IMG/VR virus record: IMGVR_UViG_3300009503_000018 | Span: 75,528-139,527 of that record | Strand: one strand, 5' to 3' | Length of the DNA: 64,000 nucleotides | Source of the DNA: a virus | Shown here: positions 56,542 through 64,000 of the stretch, in pieces | How positions within the stretch are numbered: the first letter of the stretch is position 1 | Layout: each line of letters opens with the position of its first letter | Translations under genes and position numbers: made by a program | Notes under the pieces: model-generated | What the model was told of the DNA's origin: nothing | The model's input: only the letters and a program-made list of their open reading frames with translations | Database searches by the model: none

Positions 56542-56788
56542 ATTCAACCCGCGTTTTTCCGTCATGCCCATGAATTTTTTTGAGTTCATCCATATCATCG
56601 TAAATGCCAAGAGAATGCGCGTCAGTCTTTTTTGAGACCCATTCCATAACACATCGACCCGAGGGGAATTCGACGCCTACCGCAACAATCCCCGTCCCAC
56701 TCACGCCCGATTCATCTTCAAGGCGGTGCAGATAAAACGTTTTCACGGTCGGGCGCGAATGGCACAGAACATCACGAAAACTCGGCAT
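56534..56788 (-). CDS. Conserved phage hypothetical protein
   Basis: FYLHRLEDESGVSGTGIVA.GVEF...IHGHDGKT, a recurring phage small-protein pattern (from memory). Confidence 0.75.
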   Translation of the reverse strand: MPSFRDVLCHSRPTVKTFYLHRLEDESGVSGTGIVAVGVEFPSGRCVMEWVSKKTDAHSLGIYDDMDELKKIHGHDGKTRVEYA

Positions 56789-57522
56789 TAGCTTGGATTC
56801 CTCCGTGCCGTGAGAATGCTCGTTGCAAAACTCTTTACACTTTCGTATTCCGCATGCTTAGAAATATACAGCAAATCATCGTCTGTATACAAGTCCGCGT
56901 CACTATCAAGTTCCTTTAGCGCATCGAGTGAGGTAATCTGTCCACGCCGGGTTTTCTCAACAAGGGCTTCGGCACGCACGGAACGCCCGTCCTTGAGGAC
57001 CGGCGGCGGAGGTGGTTCATTTAGTCGACGCTCGTATTCCGCAACCTGCGCCGCGATAGTTGGATCGTTGGTCGCAGGTTCGAGTTGTGCCGTTCGCTCA
57101 TTAATTACTTGCTCCTGAAGAGGATTGATCGCGACATCGTGTGCCTTTTGACGCGGCTGCTCGTTCTTTGCTAGAGCTGCCAACCGTGCCTCGTGCGCAC
57201 GCTCGGCTTCGAGGGCGCGTTCGTACTCTTCCTTACTCACAATCTGGAGCCAGCCCTTTGCTAGCGCTTGACGAAAATCCGGAGAATCACGCCAATACTC
57301 GATGGGGTACTTTTCAGTCAAATTGATCGGAAGACGAGACCGCTCGATCAAATACCCCACATGACCCGATTCACTGCCGACACGCCCAAACCCAATTGAC
57401 ACACAGCCTTTCGTCGTATTTTTTACAATCAAAACCTTCTCGTCGCCGTAAAAATCACGAAGCGCCTCCTTCAGGCGTTCCTCAACTCGACGACGATTTT
57501 CTTCTTCATTAACGATTGCCAT
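56788..57522 (-). CDS. Hypothetical head-region protein
   Basis: 244 aa, GGAGG SD, coiled-coil middle. Confidence 0.7.
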   Translation of the reverse strand: MAIVNEEENRRRVEERLKEALRDFYGDEKVLIVKNTTKGCVSIGFGRVGSESGHVGYLIERSRLPINLTEKYPIEYWRDSPDFRQALAKGWLQIVSKEEYERALEAERAHEARLAALAKNEQPRQKAHDVAINPLQEQVINERTAQLEPATNDPTIAAQVAEYERRLNEPPPPPVLKDGRSVRAEALVEKTRRGQITSLDALKELDSDADLYTDDDLLYISKHAEYESVKSFATSILTARRNPS

Positions 57523-57530
57523 ATTCCCTC

Positions 57531-57773
57531 CTATGTATTTAATTTTACTCTTTTATTATGTCCTTGAACATACTTGTTATAATATTTTGGATTTCTTTTA
57601 TTCAATTCAACCTTATTGCCACACCCACAGGCACATAACGGGGCAAATTCGTGAGCCAGAACTCTCGAAGCTATCGGACACCCCCAACGATCTAAATGCC
57701 GAAACTTGTCTCTTTTGTTTACAAATTCTTTTTCACACAGAGGACAAACGGACGCTTCGGCCATTGATTTCAT
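57531..57773 (-). CDS. Zn-finger protein with CACGCG...GHN motif (resembles N-termini of HNH/NUMOD homing endonucleases)
   Basis: CPLC...RHL...GC and CACGCG...YVQGHN; no nuclease domain follows. Confidence 0.5.
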   Translation of the reverse strand: MKSMAEASVCPLCEKEFVNKRDKFRHLDRWGCPIASRVLAHEFAPLCACGCGNKVELNKRNPKYYNKYVQGHNKRVKLNT

Positions 57774-57981
57774 CTCTATACCACCGCCAGGCATTTCGTG
57801 CGTATAAATAAAACAAAGCAAGTTCCAATGGAATAAGACCCCACAGCCGTCTCTGAACAATAAGTCCTGCCCAAAATATTTGCGAAATGAATTGAATTGC
57901 TTGCCCAAACCACCGTTTTTTACCTGTGAAGTATACCCCGACTAACGTAATAAAACCCGTAATCCAATCCAGGTATACCAT
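57733..57981 (-). CDS. Small PnuC-like membrane protein
   Basis: LDWITGFITLVGVYFTGKKRWFG...WAG...WRW; three TM segments. Confidence 0.65.
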   Translation of the reverse strand: MVYLDWITGFITLVGVYFTGKKRWFGQAIQFISQIFWAGLIVQRRLWGLIPLELALFYLYARNAWRWYRDEINGRSVRLSSV

Positions 57982-58073
57982 GTGATTGACCTCAATATCA
58001 TACAACTGTTTCGCATGAAGAGAATGAGGTCTTTTTCGAGAGAAAAAAATAATTATATTTAATTCAGAAAATA

Positions 58074-58105
58074 AAAAAGGGATGGTCAAATGACCATCCC
58101 TTTTT
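58074..58105 (-). terminator. Intrinsic terminator after the major capsid gene
   Basis: AAAAAGGGATGGTCA-AA-TGACCATCCCTTTTT perfect inverted repeat with T runs. Confidence 0.85.
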
Positions 58106-58129
58106 CGTAAGGACTCACGACTTTAAGGA

Positions 58130-59293
58130 TTACTTTGATCCCGTCGCAACGCCACGCGGGTTAATTACTGCCTGGCTAATAAGCTCGTAGAAGAGCCATG
58201 CATACCGTGGCTCGCCGAGTACGAACTTGTTTGCTGGCTCAGCAAACAGCTCAACACGGATTGGGAATACGCCGAGATACTCCGGATCAGCAACCGCGAA
58301 TACCCGACCTGGCGGAACGATTTCCCAGTTCACCGACAACCGACCAAGACCGCCCTGGCCAACCTGAGTACCAGCCGTTGCGATAATATCCGCATTCAAA
58401 ATCCGACCCACATATCCCATCATAATCCACTCCCGCTCCGTAACTGGATCAACTTGCTGGGAGAGGAACACGACCAAGTCCGACACCTCACGACGATTGA
58501 TGAGGAACTTGCTCGTAACCAAACGATGCCGCTCAACCTGGAATCGGATAGATTCAAGAGCCTGCAAATTCAAGCTCGGGAACGACACCGTATCATTGAA
58601 TGACGGGGCTGCGGCCAAAAGCACAGAAATCAACCCCTGGTCTTCCGCACGCATAATAGCCTGCTTGGCACGATCCTGCGCACGATCGAGCACATCGAAC
58701 TGCTTCTGGAAGACTTCACTCACGCGAATACTGGGGAATGCCGTTACCTCGAATTCTTCGGGGAAGACGTAATTATCGGACACGCGCGTCTCAATTGCCC
58801 GGCCATCCTTCGATACTACGAAGGAAGCCACGTCCACATCTTTGTCGATACGGTTGACCTGCCCTTGTGCAAGGGTATAGGTCTTCAGAATACGCCGTGC
58901 GAAACCTTCATAGTCGATGATTTCCTTAATTGGGAGAAGTAGCTCCTGCCCAATTTTCGCAAATCCCTGACCCGTTGGATCAGAGAATGCCGAAAGGAAA
59001 ATATCCGCACGCTCGGAAGGCGAGATGTGCTCCGCAGTAACCGATCGAGCCGGAAGCAACCGCTCTTCGCCAGAAGCAACGCGATCAAGTAGAGCGCGAA
59101 TCTGACGGAGTGCGTCGGCCTTATCGTATGCATTGAGCGTGTTCCGACTGTCAAACATGCGGTCAGCGCTCTTCTGTTCCTTTCCGGTAGCCGTCTGTCC
59201 ACCAAATGCTCTCGGGGTTTCCGGATTTAGGCGGGCAGCAATCTTCTGCCGGGTTTCCTCGCTCCTTACATAGGGATTTGTGTTTGCGGCCAT
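58130..59293 (-). CDS. Major capsid protein (HK97 fold, probable N-terminal propeptide)
   Basis: Follows the protease and decoration genes; YEGFARRIL, EFEVTAFPSI, VPPGRVFAVADPEYLG, INPRGVA; strong terminator downstream. Confidence 0.85.
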   Translation of the reverse strand: MAANTNPYVRSEETRQKIAARLNPETPRAFGGQTATGKEQKSADRMFDSRNTLNAYDKADALRQIRALLDRVASGEERLLPARSVTAEHISPSERADIFLSAFSDPTGQGFAKIGQELLLPIKEIIDYEGFARRILKTYTLAQGQVNRIDKDVDVASFVVSKDGRAIETRVSDNYVFPEEFEVTAFPSIRVSEVFQKQFDVLDRAQDRAKQAIMRAEDQGLISVLLAAAPSFNDTVSFPSLNLQALESIRFQVERHRLVTSKFLINRREVSDLVVFLSQQVDPVTEREWIMMGYVGRILNADIIATAGTQVGQGGLGRLSVNWEIVPPGRVFAVADPEYLGVFPIRVELFAEPANKFVLGEPRYAWLFYELISQAVINPRGVATGSK

Positions 59294-59333
59294 CTCTTAA
59301 TTACCTCCCGTACTCGTCCTAATAATTTCTTAA

Positions 59334-60083
59334 TTACGGTGTAGCATCCGCCTTCGGACCAAGCCACTCCACACCAAGGAATGGATCGGCAGCCGTCGGG
59401 ACCTTCCGACACCGACCAACGGCAATCGCCACAACCGTGTTTCCCGCCGCCTCATTCGTGAACAACCCAGCCCCCATCGGATGCGAGCTATGGGTATAGC
59501 GGAGGATATCACCTACCGCATACGACTGCGAAGTCACGAACTGATCCGTATCAAACTCGCCGTAGCCTTTCCAAATCGTTGCCTTGTGGCTCCCGGCGGT
59601 TTCATCAACGGATCCCTTGAAATTCACGCCACGGAAATCCTTCTCACTCTGATCATTGAGCTGGAAGGTATACGTGACCTGGACTACAGTTCCGCTCGGG
59701 ATATTCACGCTCGTCAACGTCCCATTGACGAAGTCCATCGTGTAATTGACGTTAACAACCTGCGGCTGATTCGTGTCCTTGCGCACCACGAGCTGAGAAC
59801 CTGACACAATCGCATTGTGGGCCAAGGCAACCGCAACACCAGAAGTAACCGTAACTTCCTCAAACGCTTGCGTGGTCTGTTGCAAGGTCTGCGTAATCCG
59901 GTCCTCGCCAAAGATTCCAACAGCCTTATTCATCGGACCATTTGTCGTTGCTGTTGCTTCGGTTCCTGCAAGTACCGCAAGCCCGTTGGCATCAAGAGCT
60001 GCGACCATGCCGGAACGGTAATCGTTCGCACCGACCCCCGTCCCACCCGTGTTAAAGCTCGGTGTAATCACCTTTAGTGCCAT
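59334..60083 (-). CDS. Capsid decoration or cement protein
   Basis: Directly upstream of MCP; FDTDQF, VGRCRKVPTAADPFLGV. Confidence 0.7.
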   Translation of the reverse strand: MALKVITPSFNTGGTGVGANDYRSGMVAALDANGLAVLAGTEATATTNGPMNKAVGIFGEDRITQTLQQTTQAFEEVTVTSGVAVALAHNAIVSGSQLVVRKDTNQPQVVNVNYTMDFVNGTLTSVNIPSGTVVQVTYTFQLNDQSEKDFRGVNFKGSVDETAGSHKATIWKGYGEFDTDQFVTSQSYAVGDILRYTHSSHPMGAGLFTNEAAGNTVVAIAVGRCRKVPTAADPFLGVEWLGPKADATP

Positions 60084-60152
60084 TTCTCAAATCCTCCTGA
60101 TGTTGCTCTATTCTATAAACTATTTTCTTTTAAAAATTTACTTACTATTTCA

Positions 60153-62330
60153 TTACATCCTGGCCACTACGCCGCCACGAACTCGCCGGAGTGTAGACAC
60201 CGGAGGCCGAATCGGACTCATATTTGCCGTTTTCGAAATTCCGGAACGGACAGCGGCACGAAGCCGGTCATCACGAGATTTTACAATATCGTCGCTTGTC
60301 GAAGGACGGAGACCCCCGACATTTACTGCCGCACGCTTGCTCATCGCTTCACGCGTAACATCAGCAACAATATTTGCTAATTCCTCGTCCTTTACTCCTT
60401 TCTCCTGAGCCTCGACTACCCGCGTCGAAGGAAGAGACTTTACGTGGGCCTTCACTTCCTCGAATGCCTCCGGCGTCATTTCTGAATACCGAAGGGCTTC
60501 CTTCATCGCCTCATCAAAATGCGTCTGGACAATTTCCGCGTCTGCGATCTTCTCAGCAAGCGACCCATCATGCCCAGCCGCCGTCAACACCTCATACGCC
60601 GCCGCCTTAATGGGATTGTCAATCACGTTTTTATTCTGCAATTCAAAAGCGACTTTCAAGCCTTCAAGGAACCGCGTCTTGAACTCGGCGACCTTCTCAT
60701 TTGCCAAATCCTCAGCCTTCGCCTCAGCCGCCTTAATCAATTTCTCATCGAGTTCCGCTCTCGCGGTCGTTGGCGCTGATGCAGAAATAGGCTCGGCATT
60801 AACCTCTTCCATCGTCTTTTCAAGACCGTCCTCGAAGATCGCGCGGACGAGATTTTCACCATACTCCCGACTGGAAAACTCCGCCCACTTCTCATCGAGC
60901 ATGTCTTCCCAGGCCCCTGCGCCGGTTACTTTGAAGAGTGGCGTATCCCCATCAGACACAACCCATGCCGCTTCCCGCTTGTCGGCATGTGGCTTAAACT
61001 CCGCACTAATATTCCACATTTTTGCATATTCTTTGGCATCACTATCGAAATCACTCGCGGGACGGCTCTTGTGTGTCTTGTACTTAGACACACTCGACTC
61101 ACTCTGCGGTGGGTCGTCCTGAACATTATAATGAGGATACTGCCCCTTCTCGACCTTTGGGCTCTTACTATCCGCGTTCTTTGTTACCATTGCTGCTTCT
61201 CTCCTCTGCATTTTGTTCGCATATTCTTGTGCCAACTTATCTACGAGCGCACTAAAAGATTCTCGGCGAGCAGATGCCTGTGGAGCCATGTCCGTTGCTG
61301 GCGGCTGCGGCTCGCCTGCTTGAGCCCCAGGCGGAAGCTCTCCTGGAGCTTTCTCTGGACCGAGTCCTGATGCTTCCAAAGTCTCAACCAAATCAGCGGC
61401 CGGCATCTTGCCCTCAGCAAATTCCTTAATGGCATCAAGGACTTGGATGAGTTGCTCCGTCCCTTCCGGCATTGGCTCTTCGATTTCGACAGCCGCATCG
61501 GGAGTTTCCTCACCGAGAGGCTTTTCAGGCTCAAGCGGTTGAGCGATCTTCTTCTGAGCAGCTTTCTGCATTACGGCAGCCTCCACGCTCTTTAGGCGAG
61601 CATTAATCTCGTTCAATAATACAACTGTTCCATGCGACAAATTTACGCTATTTTCTTTCTCGATAGCGCTTTTTCCCTGCTTCGTAGAAGCAATTTTCGC
61701 CAAAATCTGTGCCGTTTCATCAGCGGGATCTGATACTGCGGAAATTTCATTATATGTCACCCCGTAACATTTCTCAAAAGCGAGTTTTTTCGTCCCATCC
61801 GGCGCGACACATTCCCGCATCTTAAATTTTGCAATATGATCACAGAAATCTTCCTTCCGACGAGCTTCATTTCCACACACGGAACATTTCGTAAATTGCA
61901 CGGACGCCCCCATGCTAAATTTATTAATAATTCCCCGCTCAACATTCGAAGCAAAAACTGGGTCACGCTTCTTATCAATTGCTAACAAGAGTTCGACATA
62001 TTTGTCATTTTCGTTGGCAGTGACATACCGCGCGTCAAGGACAATTCCTTTCGCCTGTGTTGGATCATCCGTGTGACGATGATTAATGTACACACCTTTC
62101 CCAATAAATGATGCATAGACCGGACGATGCAAAATCGGATCAATCCGAATCAATTCGTCGTGCGGAAAACAATCACCGTTACTATTCGGTTTGTCTGCCG
62201 TTAATGCGCGCACGGCGACATACACGAATTCTGGATCGTATTCCACAATTTTCTTGGCAGCGTGCCTTTTCTCAAATGTATTTTTATCCAAAACAGCCTC
62301 TACAGATATTTGTGCCGTTTTAATAAACAT
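60153..62330 (-). CDS. Prohead protease-scaffold fusion
   Basis: N-domain NSNGD.F...SFIGKGVYINH, FSMGA, CSVC...FCDH, EISAVSDPADETA; acidic Pro-rich linker and helical C-half. Confidence 0.8.
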   Translation of the reverse strand: MFIKTAQISVEAVLDKNTFEKRHAAKKIVEYDPEFVYVAVRALTADKPNSNGDCFPHDELIRIDPILHRPVYASFIGKGVYINHRHTDDPTQAKGIVLDARYVTANENDKYVELLLAIDKKRDPVFASNVERGIINKFSMGASVQFTKCSVCGNEARRKEDFCDHIAKFKMRECVAPDGTKKLAFEKCYGVTYNEISAVSDPADETAQILAKIASTKQGKSAIEKENSVNLSHGTVVLLNEINARLKSVEAAVMQKAAQKKIAQPLEPEKPLGEETPDAAVEIEEPMPEGTEQLIQVLDAIKEFAEGKMPAADLVETLEASGLGPEKAPGELPPGAQAGEPQPPATDMAPQASARRESFSALVDKLAQEYANKMQRREAAMVTKNADSKSPKVEKGQYPHYNVQDDPPQSESSVSKYKTHKSRPASDFDSDAKEYAKMWNISAEFKPHADKREAAWVVSDGDTPLFKVTGAGAWEDMLDEKWAEFSSREYGENLVRAIFEDGLEKTMEEVNAEPISASAPTTARAELDEKLIKAAEAKAEDLANEKVAEFKTRFLEGLKVAFELQNKNVIDNPIKAAAYEVLTAAGHDGSLAEKIADAEIVQTHFDEAMKEALRYSEMTPEAFEEVKAHVKSLPSTRVVEAQEKGVKDEELANIVADVTREAMSKRAAVNVGGLRPSTSDDIVKSRDDRLRAAVRSGISKTANMSPIRPPVSTLRRVRGGVVARM

Positions 62331-62545
62331 TATTCACTCCACTGCTTCGGACGCAAAAGACCGTTCGCATCTATTTCACAATACGTGCGAAGACCGGTTA
62401 ATTGTAGACCCATGTCTTTGGCCGCACGCAAAAGTTCAAGCTCCGTAGCTTCCGATTTTCCTAGTTTTTTAAATATTTGAGCAATTTTTCCCTTCTCGGG
62501 ATCTACGATGTGCGCGTGTTCTGCGGCGATTCTTTTGGTAAACAT
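62330..62545 (-). CDS. Small head-operon protein
   Basis: 71 aa; TAATG-like 1-nt overlap with the protease gene. Confidence 0.65.
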   Translation of the reverse strand: MFTKRIAAEHAHIVDPEKGKIAQIFKKLGKSEATELELLRAAKDMGLQLTGLRTYCEIDANGLLRPKQWSE

Positions 62546-62547
62546 AT

Positions 62548-62588
62548 TATTATCAACTCTTTTTCCGTTTTATTATCATCTCTTTTTC
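62548..62588. repeat. Two 18-nt direct repeats (17/18 identical, period 23) upstream of the head operon
   Basis: TATTATCAACTCTTTTTC (62548-62565) and TATTATCATCTCTTTTTC (62571-62588). Confidence 0.75.
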
Positions 62589-62625
62589 GTAATGAAGTAC
62601 TTTGCAAAGTAACCGACCAGCCCAA

Positions 62626-62955
62626 TCACGTAATCTCAACTCCGAAAGCCTGAAATACCGTAGTGCCGTTCGTGGAAAAAACACGAATCACATCGGTTGC
62701 CGAGATCGTAAGACCATACGACAACCCAATTGTATCATTCCCGTTTACTGTGGCATTAAACACAATGTATTGGCTGGTAGCATCAGCCGCTCCGCCAGGA
62801 GCAACACTAATACGGAACGTATCTGCTGTTGCCGATTGGTTCGAAATCGTTATCGTACTAACTATAGTGCTTGTTGACGCAGGAACAGTATACAAGTTTG
62901 TCAGCGTTGCCGCAGCCGGCGCGGCTTGAGCAAGAATTTTATATGTCTCTGCCAT
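62626..62955 (-). CDS. Small virion beta-sandwich protein
   Basis: LYTVPASTSTIVSTITISN...GDVI-like pattern typical of phage head or neck appendage proteins. Confidence 0.65.
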   Translation of the reverse strand: MAETYKILAQAAPAAATLTNLYTVPASTSTIVSTITISNQSATADTFRISVAPGGAADATSQYIVFNATVNGNDTIGLSYGLTISATDVIRVFSTNGTTVFQAFGVEIT

Positions 62956-62971
62956 TTTTATTATACCTCCC

Positions 62972-63313
62972 TTAATTCACTATCCATTTTTCCTTAAACC
63001 ATGCTAGTGTTAAATCCACCTGGAAAGGCCAGGATTTCGGTCTGATCGTAAATAGTGGTTGAAAATCCCAAAATGCCTCACGAGTCTGCCCGGAATCCCA
63101 CGTATGCAACACAGTTCCGTTTATACTGTAAAAGCCGTCAAGGCTTAATTCAGGGATTTGTTCTATATGACCATCTGCGAAAGTACCTGTTTTCCCGGTG
63201 TGAAACTCACAATGCCACGCACCTGTTGTCGCCGTATCTGGCGTCCACCAAATATGGAGTAATCCAGGCTCTGTATGATGCCACATAATTGGAATTTCTG
63301 TTTTATACCGCAT
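62972..63313 (-). CDS. Hypothetical protein
   Basis: 113 aa, Trp-rich, on the coding strand. Confidence 0.6.
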   Translation of the reverse strand: MRYKTEIPIMWHHTEPGLLHIWWTPDTATTGAWHCEFHTGKTGTFADGHIEQIPELSLDGFYSINGTVLHTWDSGQTREAFWDFQPLFTIRPKSWPFQVDLTLAWFKEKWIVN

Positions 63314-63316
63314 AAT

Positions 63317-64000
63317 TTACACCACCTGAACCCAAACCGAATTTCCATCTGATGTCAGCATGAATTTGGCATTTTGCGACGTAGTAGAAACAGATGTCCC
63401 GCCGGCATAGCCAATGTTATTGCCGGACGGGGCCTGAATAATCATAGTATTCGCCGCCGCTTTTTTCACAAACACAAACGTACACCCTGCACCAGCCGTA
63501 GAGGCTGATGGAAGTGTCAATGTCACACTCGCTGTTGACGTGTCTACAGCATACAAATACCTGAACAGTGCAACAGCCTGACTCGTGGATACTGTTGTTG
63601 CTGATCCAAACCGCGATCCGCCAAAACTTATAACTTGTAAGTTGGGGGTAATTTGAAATAGAATACCATAACTTTGCGTTCCTGCCGTTGCCGGAGCGCG
63701 AAAAACCGCGAAGTCATCAAACGCTGGACCGAACCGAATTGCCCACGCGGGCAAGGTCGAATCGTCGGCTACGTTCGCAGCATTTGAATTAGACCGGATT
63801 TGTATATCATTTGCTCCGACAGGACCAATACGTGCTAACGTTGTCCCAGCGCCAGGACCAAAGGCCCCCATCCTATTAACATGTAACGTCTCTTTTGCTG
63901 CTCCACCGGCAACACCAATGCTCAAACGAGTTAAAGAAGAACGCCCGAGACTAACGGCACGTGCTGTCGGATGAAACAGATGTTTCCGAAATCCACGCGG
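63317..64000 (-). CDS. Fibre-like virion protein, 5'-truncated by the window edge
   Basis: The frame is open from 64000 to the stop at 63317; VDTSTASVTLTLP...FVFVKK...SDGNSVW fibre module. Confidence 0.7.
   Translation of the reverse strand, partial: PRGFRKHLFHPTARAVSLGRSSLTRLSIGVAGGAAKETLHVNRMGAFGPGAGTTLARIGPVGANDIQIRSNSNAANVADDSTLPAWAIRFGPAFDDFAVFRAPATAGTQSYGILFQITPNLQVISFGGSRFGSATTVSTSQAVALFRYLYAVDTSTASVTLTLPSASTAGAGCTFVFVKKAAANTMIIQAPSGNNIGYAGGTSVSTTSQNAKFMLTSDGNSVWVQVV

Noticed and set aside
1-64000. Stop-codon reassignment, as in some large phages
   Set aside because: Long genes (up to 2195 aa) are intact in the standard code; TAA, TAG and TGA all end genes; coding density is high.
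1-64000. Prophage boundary or host DNA
   Set aside because: No integrase, att site or run of housekeeping genes. recA, iscU and iscA are interleaved with phage genes by tight junctions.

Overview
This window is a 64-kb internal segment of a large, probably lytic, contractile-tailed (myovirus-type, likely jumbo) bacteriophage. It reads cleanly in the standard genetic code, and almost all genes are on the minus strand. From left to right it contains: small Zn-finger and secreted proteins; a phage sigma-factor-like gene; nucleotide metabolism genes (deoxyribosyltransferase-like, dCMP deaminase, GuaB/GuaC-like, purine PRTase); a recombination module (SbcC, SbcD, host-type RecA, gp32-like SSB, UvsY-like); an accessory hotspot at about 15.0-16.2 kb; a MoxR-AAA/VWA pair; a plus-strand island with sigma70 promoters (DNA ligase, two WGR-like genes, a zincin, a SLOG protein); an M15 peptidase; and a long structural block (baseplate and fibre genes, PAAR, spike, hub, two paralogous tape-measure-like genes, chaperones with a -1 frameshift signal, tube, sheath, neck, IscA and IscU, major capsid, decoration protein, prohead protease/scaffold). 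The most striking system is RNA-guided. A TnpA-less tnpB with intact RuvC residues sits at the junction upstream of sbcC between 12-nt direct repeats exactly 1200 bp apart, so its predicted guide matches the reconstructed empty allele, as expected for homing. About 7.4 kb away, two more omegaRNA-like scaffolds lie in tandem without an intact nuclease gene; one is 119/125 identical to the first copy and one is diverged with a compensatory stem change. All product calls come from motif recognition by eye. No database searches or folding programs were run, and host and taxonomy are not established.
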